Made by a program: the position numbers and the translations under genes
The notes under the pieces: model-generated
What the model was told of the DNA's origin: nothing
Database searches by the model: none
The model's input: only the letters and a program-made list of their open reading frames with translations
Origin: Betaproteobacteria bacterium
GTDB lineage: Bacteria; Pseudomonadota; Gammaproteobacteria; Burkholderiales; JAEUOS01
Length of the DNA stretch: 64,000 nt
Assembly: GCA_028292405.1 (NCBI GenBank)
Contig: JAQGMJ010000049.1
Span: forward strand, 257,353 to 321,352
Reading direction: 5' to 3'
Shown: positions 1 to 8,268 of the stretch, one piece after another
Numbering within the stretch: the first letter of the stretch is position 1
Layout: every line of letters starts with the position of its first letter

Positions 1-2483
1 TCCGCTTGCGCGATTTCGCGGGCGACGCCTTCGTGCCGGTGGCCAGTCACGGCCCGGTGTCGAACTGGGTCGGCGAACGCACGATTGCTGCGGGCGAGAC
101 CGGCAGCCGCGTGGTGCGCGCCATCGACAGCAAGCGCACTTACGTGTTGAACGACATCTTCGCCCAGCCGGATGGCCGGTTCGGGCTGGACGACATGCGC
201 GCACTGGGCATCGGCTCGCTGGCCATCCTGCCGATCCTGGTCGACGGCAAGGGCGTGGGCGGCTTGAGCGTGTTTGCCGCGGAGGCGGGCTTTTTCGATC
301 CGGAGCTGATCGCCCTGCTCGAAGAAATGATGCGCAACCTGTCCTATGCCTTCGTCAAGCTGGAAAGCGAGCAGGCCCTGCAGGAAAGCGAGTTGCGCTA
401 CCGCGTGCTGGTGGAAGCATCGCCGGACGCCATCGGCGTGCTGGTGCGCGGCAAGATCGTCCTGGCCAACAGCGCGGCGCTGGCCTTGTTCGGCGCCGCC
501 GCCCCGGCCCAACTGATCGGGCGCCAGGGTTATGAACTCACCCATCCCGACTACCGCGCCGCCGAGCGGGAGGCGGTGCGCGAAGTGATGCGCTCGCCGG
601 GCAAGGTACTGCGCGCCGAGGTCAGGCAACTGCGCCTGGACGGCAGCGTGTTCGACGCCGAAATCGTGCGTTCGCGCTTTGAATATCGCGGCCAGCCCGC
701 GCTGCAGGTGATCTCGCGCGACATTTCCGAGCGCAAGGAGGCCGAGCGCCGCATTAGCCGGCTGACCCACCTCTACGCCGCGCTGTCGCAGACCAATGCG
801 GCCATCGCCCGCGCCGCCAGCCGCGAGGAACTGTTCGCCAAGGTATGCCGGGTCGCGGTCGAAAACGGCCACTTCGTCACCGCGCTGATCAGCATGCTCA
901 ATCCCGCGCGCGACCTGGCGGTGCCGGTCGGCGCCTACGGCCGGCTGGCCGGGCTGATCGGCGAGCGGCCGCTGCCGCTGACGGCCGGCATGCCCGGCGC
1001 CGACGGGCCGGCGGCCATCGCCATCCGCGAAGCGACCCCGCAGGTGAGCAACGACCTGCTGGAAGACCCGCGCGCGCGCGCCTCGGTCGGCGACCTGGTG
1101 CGCACCGGCATCCGCGCGGTGGCCGTCTGCCCGCTGCAAGGGGAGGGTGAAGTCAGCGGCGCCCTGATCGTCTATGCCGACGAGCCGGGCTTCTTCGACG
1201 CCGAACTGGTCGGCCTGCTGAAGGAAATGGCGCAGAACATTTCCTTCGGGCTGGCCAAGCTGCAAAGCGAAGCCGCGCGCCACACCAGCGAGGGCGCCCT
1301 GCGAGACAGCGAGGCGCGCTACCGCAGCCTGTTCGACACTTCGCCGCTGTGCATCTACGTGCGCCAGGACGACCGCGTGGTGATGATGAACCCGGCCGGC
1401 CTGGCGCTGTTCGGCGCCACCTCGCCCGAGCAGATCATCGGCCGCCCCTCCGCCGACCTGGTGCACCCGGACTTCCGCGAACTCGCCAACCAGCGCTACC
1501 GCTTCGTGATGCACGGGGAAGACGCCGCGCCGGCCACCGAATTCAAGAACCTGCGCCTGGATGGCACGCTGCTGGAGACCGAGAGCGTGGTCACCCCTTT
1601 CGAATTCGAAGGCCGGCCGGCGGTACAGATCATCACCAACGACATCAGCGTGCGCAAGGAAGCGGAACGTGCGCTGCGCCGCCTCAACAGCGAACTGGAG
1701 CAGCGGGTGCAGCAGCGCACCGCCGAACTCTCGCGGGTGAACCAGGAACTCTCGGAGTTTTCCTACATCGTCTCGCACGATTTGAAGGCGCCGCTGCGCG
1801 GCGTCGCTTCGCTGGTGGACTGGCTCAAGCAGGACCACGGCGAGCAGCTCGGGCCGGAAGGCCGCGAGCTGTTGCGCCTGCTGTCGGCGCGCAGCCGGCG
1901 CATGCACCGGCTGATCGAGGACATCCTGCATTTCTCGCGCCTGGGGCGCGGCCGCGAATCCGCCGCCGAGATTGACCTCGATCATCTGCTGCATGAAATT
2001 GTCGATTCGCTGGATCTCCCGCCGCACATCGCGGTGCGGGTGGCCGCGCTGCCGCGCCTGGTCGGCGACGAGACCCGCCTGCGCCAGGTGTTCCAGAACC
2101 TGATCTCCAACGCCGCCAAGTTCATGGACAAGGAAAAGGGCCTAATCGAGGTCGGGGTCGACCCGGTGCCGGCGCAAACGCCCGGGGGGACGCCGGCCTG
2201 GCGTTTTTACGTAGCCGACAACGGCCCGGGCATCGAGGCGCGCCACCACCAGCGCATCTTCGAGATTTTCCAGACCCTGCATCCGCGCGACGATCCCGAC
2301 AGCACCGGCATCGGTTTGACAGTTGTTAAAAAAATAGTTGAACTACTCGGGGGTGGAATCTGGGTAGAATCGGAATTGGGTAAAGGGGCCCGATTCGTAT
2401 TTACGCTGCCGTGCAGGGATGCCATTGACATGCCTGCCAGGGAAGGGGCGCATGAGAGACCAGATACCGATCTTCCTGGTTGA
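1..2483 (+). CDS. Sensor histidine kinase, GAF-PAS-GAF-PAS-HisKA-HATPase (5' end cut by window edge)
   Basis: ORF 6..2483 is open to the window start. Two GAF-like and two PAS-like blocks each end in '...DIS(E/V)RKEAER'. H-box 'FSYIVSHDLKAPLRG', N-box 'NLISNAAKF', G-boxes 'DNGPGI' and 'GIGLTVVKK'. Confidence 0.85.
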   Translation, partial: RLRDFAGDAFVPVASHGPVSNWVGERTIAAGETGSRVVRAIDSKRTYVLNDIFAQPDGRFGLDDMRALGIGSLAILPILVDGKGVGGLSVFAAEAGFFDPELIALLEEMMRNLSYAFVKLESEQALQESELRYRVLVEASPDAIGVLVRGKIVLANSAALALFGAAAPAQLIGRQGYELTHPDYRAAEREAVREVMRSPGKVLRAEVRQLRLDGSVFDAEIVRSRFEYRGQPALQVISRDISERKEAERRISRLTHLYAALSQTNAAIARAASREELFAKVCRVAVENGHFVTALISMLNPARDLAVPVGAYGRLAGLIGERPLPLTAGMPGADGPAAIAIREATPQVSNDLLEDPRARASVGDLVRTGIRAVAVCPLQGEGEVSGALIVYADEPGFFDAELVGLLKEMAQNISFGLAKLQSEAARHTSEGALRDSEARYRSLFDTSPLCIYVRQDDRVVMMNPAGLALFGATSPEQIIGRPSADLVHPDFRELANQRYRFVMHGEDAAPATEFKNLRLDGTLLETESVVTPFEFEGRPAVQIITNDISVRKEAERALRRLNSELEQRVQQRTAELSRVNQELSEFSYIVSHDLKAPLRGVASLVDWLKQDHGEQLGPEGRELLRLLSARSRRMHRLIEDILHFSRLGRGRESAAEIDLDHLLHEIVDSLDLPPHIAVRVAALPRLVGDETRLRQVFQNLISNAAKFMDKEKGLIEVGVDPVPAQTPGGTPAWRFYVADNGPGIEARHHQRIFEIFQTLHPRDDPDSTGIGLTVVKKIVELLGGGIWVESELGKGARFVFTLPCRDAIDMPAREGAHERPDTDLPG

Positions 2484-2865
2484 GGACGACGAAGTCGACG
2501 TCATGACCATGCGTCGGGCGTTGAAGGATTTGCGCATCGCCAATCCGCTGCTGGTCGCCGGCGACGGCGAGGCCGCGCTGCAGATGCTGCGCGAAGGCCG
2601 CATTGCCCGTCCCTGCGTGATCCTGCTCGACCTCAACATGCCGCGCATGGGCGGCATCGAATTCCTGCAGATCATCAAGGCCGATCCACTATTCAGAAGC
2701 ATCCCGGTAATTGTGCTCACGACCTCGCGCGAGGAAAGCGACCGGGTCGAGACCTTCAAGCTTTCGGTGGCCGGCTACATGATCAAGCCGGCGGACTACC
2801 TCCAGTTCGTCGAGGTAGTGCGCACCATCGACCTTTATTGGACCCTCAGCGAACTGCCCGACTAA
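2452..2865 (+). CDS. Single-domain response regulator (CheY-like receiver)
   Basis: Receiver motifs 'IFLVEDDEVDV', 'VILLDLNMPRMGG', 'VIVLTTS', 'GYMIKP'. ATG 2452 follows GGAAGGGG and overlaps the upstream kinase stop. Confidence 0.85.
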   Translation: MRDQIPIFLVEDDEVDVMTMRRALKDLRIANPLLVAGDGEAALQMLREGRIARPCVILLDLNMPRMGGIEFLQIIKADPLFRSIPVIVLTTSREESDRVETFKLSVAGYMIKPADYLQFVEVVRTIDLYWTLSELPD

Positions 2866-2902
2866 AGTCCCGCCAGCACCGGCCCGGCACCACACAGCGA
2901 CC

Positions 2903-4048
2903 ATGGAACAACGCATCCGCCTGCTTCTGGTCGAAGACGACCGGGTCGACCAGCTCGCCTTCACTCGCGCCGTCAAGGACCAGGGCTGGCCTTACGACTG
3001 GACCGTGGCCGGCTCGGTGGCGGAGGCGCGCGCCGCCCTGGAGGCGGCGCCATTCGATGTCGTCGTCACCGACTATCTGCTGGGCGACGGCGTCGCCTTC
3101 GAATTCTTTCCCCTGGTGGCGCCGGCGGCGCTGATCGTCACCACCGGTAGCGGCGACGAGGCGGTGGCGGTCTCGGCGATGAAGGGCGGCGCCGACGACT
3201 ACCTGATCAAAGACCCCGACCGCCACTACCTGATGGTCCTGCCCTTCACCGTGGAAAGCGCGCTGGAGCGGCGCCGCAACCGCGACCGCGTCGCGCGGCT
3301 GATGGAAGACCTGGAAAAGCGCAGCAACAAGCTGGCCGCGGCCAACCGTGACCTCGAAGCCTTTTCCTACACCATCGCCCACGACCTGCGCTCGCCTCTG
3401 CGTTCGATCAATGGCTTCGTCTCCATCCTGCTGGCCGAGGAAGGCAGCGGCCTGACCGTCGACGCCCGCGACCTGCTCAAGCGCGTGGTCGCCAGCTGCG
3501 ACAGCATGGACCACCTGATCGAAAGCCTGCTTTCGCTCTACCAGCTGGACCGCGAAACCCCCGTGTTCGCCGACGTCGACTTAAGCGCCCTGGCCGGCGC
3601 GGTGGCCGCCGAGCTGGGCGCCACCAGCCCGGCGCGCACGGTGGAATTCGTGATTGCCCCCGAACTGCGCGCCTGCGCCGATGCGCGCCTGATCCGCGCC
3701 GCCCTGGTCAACCTGCTTGGCAATGCCTGGAAATTCACCGCCAGGCATGAGCGCGCGCGCATCGAATTCGGTGCCGAGGCCGGGCCGCGCGGTATGGCCT
3801 ACTACGTTCGCGACGACGGCGCCGGCTTCGATGCTGCCTACAAGTCCAAGCTGTTCCAGACCTTCCAGCGCCTGCATTCGGCTTCGCAGTTTCCCGGCAC
3901 CGGCATCGGCCTGGCCTCGGTGGCGCGGGTGATCCGCCACCACGGCGGCGAACTGTGGGCAGAGGGCGCGGTGGAGCAGGGCGCTACCTTCTACTTCACG
4001 CTGCCCCCGCCCGGGGCGGCATGCGGCAGCGCGCCGGTTGCCGATTGA
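2903..4048 (+). CDS. Hybrid receiver-histidine kinase
   Basis: N-terminal receiver ('LLLVEDDRVD', 'VVVTDYLLGDG'), then H-box 'FSYTIAHDLRSPLRS', 'LLGNAWKF', 'DDGAGF', 'GTGIGL'. Confidence 0.85.
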   Translation: MEQRIRLLLVEDDRVDQLAFTRAVKDQGWPYDWTVAGSVAEARAALEAAPFDVVVTDYLLGDGVAFEFFPLVAPAALIVTTGSGDEAVAVSAMKGGADDYLIKDPDRHYLMVLPFTVESALERRRNRDRVARLMEDLEKRSNKLAAANRDLEAFSYTIAHDLRSPLRSINGFVSILLAEEGSGLTVDARDLLKRVVASCDSMDHLIESLLSLYQLDRETPVFADVDLSALAGAVAAELGATSPARTVEFVIAPELRACADARLIRAALVNLLGNAWKFTARHERARIEFGAEAGPRGMAYYVRDDGAGFDAAYKSKLFQTFQRLHSASQFPGTGIGLASVARVIRHHGGELWAEGAVEQGATFYFTLPPPGAACGSAPVAD

Positions 4049-4231
4049 AGCGCTGATGGGCGTGCTGACTGAGCGCAAATAGCCGCGCTGGCATCCTGTC
4101 AAGGAAGCCGCGCCAGCGACCACGCGACCACGCGCGGCCCCTTGACGCCGCCATTCGGGCGGCCGGATCGAGGGCTATCGCGCCTTCTGGCAGGCCAATC
4201 TCAACAGCCTCAAACATTTTCTGGAGAAACC

Positions 4232-5023
4232 ATGAGCACTCCCAAGGGCGCGGCGCGCTCGATCGCCGATGTCGAGGGCGGCATCATCCTGGCCAACGTG
4301 GAAATTGCAGCGCCGCCCGAGCGCGTCTTCGCCGCCCTCACCACGCCCGAACAGCTTCTGCAGTGGTGGGGCGACGGCACCAGCTACCGCAGCACCGGCT
4401 GGGAAGTCGACCTGCGCCCCGGCGGCGCCTGGCGCGCCGAGGGCAAATCAGTGGACGGCAATGCCTACGAGGTCGGCGGCCGGTTCATCGAGGTAGATCC
4501 GCCGCGCAAGCTGGTGCAGACCTGGAAGCCTTCATGGTTCACGGGCGAGGAAACGCGCCTGACCTACCGCCTGGAGGCGATCGAAGGCGGCACCCGCCTG
4601 ACGGTGCGCCACGAAGGCTTTGCCGGCTTTCCGGATGCCTGCCGCGATCACACGTCCGGCTGGGAGAAGGTGCTCGGCTGGGTCGCAAGCTACGCAGCGC
4701 CGCAAGAGGAGCCGCGCTACTTCGTCGCCCGCCTGTTGCCGCCGCGCCCGACCTTTGCGCACGACATGAACGAAGAGGAAAAGGTGCTGATGGGCGAGCA
4801 CGCCGCCTACTACCGCGCACAGATGGCGCAGGGCAGAGTGGTGGTGTTCGGCCCGGTGGGCGACCCCGCCGGGCCCTGGGGTCTGGGCATCCTGCGCGCA
4901 CGCGACGAGGCGCAGGGGCGCGCTTTTACCGAGGAAGACCCCGTCCTGCTTTCGCGGCGCGGCTTTCGCTACGAATTGCTTCCGATGATGCGCGCGGTGC
5001 TTCCCGAGCAAGTGGGCGCCTGA
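4232..5023 (+). CDS. SRPBCC (AHSA1/Aha1-like) domain fused to a YciI-like domain
   Basis: N-terminal 'PPERVFAALTTPEQLLQWWG ... YRLEAIEGGTRLTVRHEGF' is typical of the AHSA1/SRPBCC fold. C-terminal 'YFVARLLPPRP...VVVFGPVGDP...GLGILRA' is YciI-like. ATG 4232 follows CTGGAGAAA. Confidence 0.7.
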   Translation: MSTPKGAARSIADVEGGIILANVEIAAPPERVFAALTTPEQLLQWWGDGTSYRSTGWEVDLRPGGAWRAEGKSVDGNAYEVGGRFIEVDPPRKLVQTWKPSWFTGEETRLTYRLEAIEGGTRLTVRHEGFAGFPDACRDHTSGWEKVLGWVASYAAPQEEPRYFVARLLPPRPTFAHDMNEEEKVLMGEHAAYYRAQMAQGRVVVFGPVGDPAGPWGLGILRARDEAQGRAFTEEDPVLLSRRGFRYELLPMMRAVLPEQVGA

Positions 5024-5131
5024 GCTTTGCTTCGCAGGCATGGCCGCATGTCTCCCTGCCTGGATGCGGGCATAGGCAAAGCCCGCGCCCTCGGCGATAA
5101 TCCGCGCACCTTTTCAATCGTGGAATACCGC

Positions 5132-5404
5132 ATGGGCTTTCGCTTTCGCAAAACCATTTCCCTGATCCCCGGCGTACGCGTCAACATCAGCAAGACCGGC
5201 GTCTCCGCCAGCGTAGGCGGCAAGGGCGAGACCGTCAACATCGGCCATGACGGCCGCGTGCGCGGCACCGTCGGCGCGCCCGGCACCGGCATCTCCTACA
5301 GCGACACGATCAACCCGGGCGGCCGCCGCGGCAGCGGCGCGCGGCGCGTCATCGGCTTGGTCGCCGCGGCAGCCGCCTATGCGGTCTACCGCTGGCTGCA
5401 CTGA
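5132..5404 (+). CDS. DUF4236-like small protein
   Basis: 'MGFRFRKTISLIPGVRVNISKTGVSASVGGKG' matches my memory of the DUF4236 N-terminal signature; C-terminal hydrophobic helix. Start chosen at the internal ATG 5132. Confidence 0.6.
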   Translation: MGFRFRKTISLIPGVRVNISKTGVSASVGGKGETVNIGHDGRVRGTVGAPGTGISYSDTINPGGRRGSGARRVIGLVAAAAAYAVYRWLH

Positions 5405-5429
5405 ACCTGCTCCTGCTGAAACCGGCGGC

Positions 5430-7061
5430 TCAAGGAAAGCTCACTGTCAGCGACAGGTCGGTCTCCACCACCTTGTTCGACTGCGGCACGCCGAAGGAGG
5501 ACAGCGGGTCCTTGTGCCCGATGGTGCGTGAGAGCACCAGCGAAATGCCTTTCTGGAACGGCAGCGGGAAGGTGGCGCCGAACTCCAGCAGCGAACCGGA
5601 ATAGCGGCTTACCCATTGCTGGTCGGCATAGAAGGTCATCTTGCTGATCGCCGCAGGGCAGCTATAGAGCTCCGAGATCAGCCCGCAAGGGTAACCGTGG
5701 AAGTCCAGGCGCCCGAAGGTGTAGTCGCGCGGCACCGAGTACACCTGGTTGCCCTGCAGTTCGGACGAGGTCGGCGCGCCGTTGCCGTATTGCCGCTGCG
5801 CCTGCGCGCCGCCGGTCAGGCCCGCGTACAGGTAGTAGCCGCCCTTGACCTTGTAGGGAAAGGGCACGAACCAGGTGTAGCTGGCGTTGGCGAAATGGTA
5901 GTAGAGGTTCTGGTTGTACAGCCGGTTCTGGATCACCCCGGCACGATAGGTGCTGGTCAGCCATGTCACCGTGTCGCGTCCGACCTCGGCGGCGGCTTCG
6001 GGCACGAAGGGCGCGAAGTAGGGCATCAGGTCGATGCTCGAGGTCCAGCCGATGCCGCCGGAAAAGAACTGCGGATTGCCTGGTCCCTTGGGGCCGATGT
6101 TGCCGTTGACGAAGGCGAAGGGGTGGCCGCTTGGCAGATGGTCGCGCTTGAAGTCGTTCGGCATCATCCGCAGCTCGCCGCGAAAGCTCGGCGTATTGAC
6201 GCCATTGCTGTTTTGCGCCGTCAGGCTCACGCCCTGGTTGGCGTTGAGCAGGCTGGTGATGTAGGCGGGAATGTGGATCGGCTCGTCGGCGCTGTAGGTG
6301 TCCGGCGCCACTGGGCTGGTGGTCGACAGCGCCTGGATGGTGAAGGGCAGGGAATAGTCCCGCTCCGCCGGGTTGGCGTCTTTCTTGGCGAGCAGCGGCA
6401 CCACGTGGTCGCCGCAGTCGTGCAGGCGGCCGAACTCGTACTTGTTCGGGTTCAGCGCCTTTTGCAAGTCCGCGGGCATGCCGGGGTGCAGCAGTTGGTA
6501 GGGCGCGTTGCCGCAGTAATCGGTGGCATAGACGTCGCCGCCTCCCAGTTGCACCGCTTGCAGCGTCAGGCGCACCACCTCGGCATTGCCGCTGTCGGCC
6601 GCCGCGCTCAGCACCGTCTCGCCGCGCGAGCGATGGTCGTGCGAGCCGTCCAGGGCCAGCTTGTCGATCGGCACGCGGTCGCAGATCGGCGGATTGTTCT
6701 CGCCGCTCTTGGCCAGCTGGATCAGCTTGAACGCCAGCTCGTTGAGCTCCGTCTTGCCGGCACCGGGCCGGGCGGCGGCGTAAACGGCATCGACCGCCTC
6801 CTGGATCGCCCGGGTGGCGGTCTTCTCGCCTTCGCCCACCGGTATGGCGCAAGCCGATACCGGCCTTGGCGGCGGCGCGGGCTTGCCGGCCGTGGGCTCC
6901 GGGCCGGGCTTTTGCGCCGCTCCGGTGGCAGGGGCGGCAGCATCGGCCGCGGCCCGCGAAGGCACGCTGGCTGGCGGCGGCGGGTCGGCGCCCCAGCCGG
7001 CCGGAGGTGCCGCCAGAAGCAGGCCGGCAGTGAACAAAAGAGTTGCGGTTCCGATTCTCAT
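5430..7061 (-). CDS. Secreted hypothetical protein (signal peptide, Pro/Ala-rich linker, aromatic beta-rich C-terminal half)
   Basis: 543-aa ORF. N-terminus 'MRIGTATLLFTAGLLLAAPPAGWGA' is signal-peptide-like. The C-terminal about 250 aa is rich in alternating aromatic/polar residues. No recognisable catalytic motif. Confidence 0.6.
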   Translation of the reverse strand: MRIGTATLLFTAGLLLAAPPAGWGADPPPPASVPSRAAADAAAPATGAAQKPGPEPTAGKPAPPPRPVSACAIPVGEGEKTATRAIQEAVDAVYAAARPGAGKTELNELAFKLIQLAKSGENNPPICDRVPIDKLALDGSHDHRSRGETVLSAAADSGNAEVVRLTLQAVQLGGGDVYATDYCGNAPYQLLHPGMPADLQKALNPNKYEFGRLHDCGDHVVPLLAKKDANPAERDYSLPFTIQALSTTSPVAPDTYSADEPIHIPAYITSLLNANQGVSLTAQNSNGVNTPSFRGELRMMPNDFKRDHLPSGHPFAFVNGNIGPKGPGNPQFFSGGIGWTSSIDLMPYFAPFVPEAAAEVGRDTVTWLTSTYRAGVIQNRLYNQNLYYHFANASYTWFVPFPYKVKGGYYLYAGLTGGAQAQRQYGNGAPTSSELQGNQVYSVPRDYTFGRLDFHGYPCGLISELYSCPAAISKMTFYADQQWVSRYSGSLLEFGATFPLPFQKGISLVLSRTIGHKDPLSSFGVPQSNKVVETDLSLTVSFP

Positions 7062-7280
7062 TGCACAAGCCCGTAGGTGGTGATGCTCGATGCGGCGTTC
7101 CTCGCGGCGTCCGGGCGCTTCGGACTAACGCATCCAAACTGACCGCCGCAGTGCGGAAAATGTTCCGCGACCGGAACAATCGGAAAGATTTACCCACCTG
7201 CGCACAACGCGCTTGAATGCACTGGGCAGGCGCGGGCGCGCTCTGTTAAAATAGCGACCTTCCGGGACCACGGGAACGCC

Positions 7281-7371
7281 GGAGAGGTGGCAGAGTGGTC
7301 GAATGCGCCAGACTCGAAATCTGGTTTAGTCTCAATGGCTAACGTGGGTTCGAATCCCACCCTCTCCGCCA
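7281..7371 (+). tRNA. tRNA-Ser (anticodon CGA), encoded CCA
   Basis: Acceptor GGAGAGG/CCTCTCC. Anticodon arm CCAGA-CTCGAAA-TCTGG gives CGA. Long variable arm. T-loop GGTTCGAATCC. Confidence 0.9.
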
Positions 7372-7383
7372 GTTTGAACAAAC

Positions 7384-7419
7384 AAAAAAGCCCATGACGA
7401 ATCATGGGCTTTTGTTTTT
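7384..7419. terminator. Bidirectional rho-independent terminator (tRNA-Ser / merR-like gene)
   Basis: AAAAAAGCCCATGA-cgaa-TCATGGGCTTTTGTTTTT: 9-bp stem flanked by an A-run and a T-run. Confidence 0.7.
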
Positions 7420-7444
7420 CGCGGCGCGGCGCCGCGAGCGAGGT

Positions 7445-7864
7445 CTAGCGCAGCATGTCGACCACGGACTGCAAATCGCGCTTGAGCTGCCCCAAGGCAA
7501 ATCCACCAGCCTTGGCATCGCCGCTCATGGCCGGCGCCACCGTGGCCGGGCCGCTGGCCTCGGCGGCCTTCAGGCCCACGCCCATGCCTTCGTCAAGCCG
7601 GTTGCGTGCGCCGTTGATGGTGAAGCCCTGCTCGTAGAGCAACTCGCGGATGCGGCGGATCAGCAGCACTTCGTGGTGCTGGTAATAGCGGCGGTTGCCG
7701 CGGCGCTTCACCGGCTTCAACTGTGTGAATTCCTGCTCCCAGTAGCGCAGGACGTGCGGTTTCACCCCGCACAGGTCGCTGACTTCGCCGATGGTGAAGT
7801 AGCGCTTGGCGGGGATGGGGGGCAGTGCCACCCCGGTGCGGTCAGGCGTCCGCAGTCCCGCCAC
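7445..7864 (-). CDS. MerR-family transcriptional regulator (downstream of ihfA)
   Basis: HTH '[25 protein letters not shown]...RRGNRRYY' is a typical MerR N-terminus. Start uncertain; it overlaps the ihfA stop. Confidence 0.8.
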   Translation of the reverse strand: MAGLRTPDRTGVALPPIPAKRYFTIGEVSDLCGVKPHVLRYWEQEFTQLKPVKRRGNRRYYQHHEVLLIRRIRELLYEQGFTINGARNRLDEGMGVGLKAAEASGPATVAPAMSGDAKAGGFALGQLKRDLQSVVDMLR

Positions 7865-8177
7865 CGTAATGCGCCTCCACCATGGATTTGAGCTTCTGGC
7901 TGGCGTGGAAAGTCACCACGCGGCGCGCGGTGATGGGGATTTCCTCGCCGGTCTTGGGATTGCGGCCGGGCCGCTGGGGCTTGTCGCGCAGTTGGAAGTT
8001 GCCGAAGCCGGAGAGCTTGACGCTCTGGCCGTTTTCCAGGGAGGTGCGGATCTCCTCGAAAAACGTTTCGACCATATCCTTGGCCTCGCGCTTGTTCAGG
8101 CCCACTTTTTCAAACAGGAGGTCAGCCAATTCCGCTTTGGTCAGCGTATTGGCGGCATCGTGCGTAGGTTGTTCCAT
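7842..8177 (-). CDS. ihfA: Integration host factor subunit alpha
   Basis: '[32 protein letters not shown]...[26 protein letters not shown]' is the IHF/HU fold; position after pheST matches conserved synteny. Confidence 0.93.
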   Translation of the reverse strand: MEQPTHDAANTLTKAELADLLFEKVGLNKREAKDMVETFFEEIRTSLENGQSVKLSGFGNFQLRDKPQRPGRNPKTGEEIPITARRVVTFHASQKLKSMVEAHYGGGTADA

Positions 8178-8268
8178 GCTCTATACCGATGTCGGGAATC
8201 GTTGTTGTATTACACGTCAGCGCCAGAAAACGGCAGCTCGTCGTGTCCCCCAAATTTCTTTATTCTCG

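Noticed and set aside
5616-7197. Long ORFs 5616..7076 (+) and 5662..7197 (-) overlapping the 543-aa secreted protein gene
   Set aside because: Their Arg/Ala/Gly-rich low-complexity translations are typical of off-frame reading in high-GC DNA. The 5430..7061 frame has a signal peptide and a protein-like composition.
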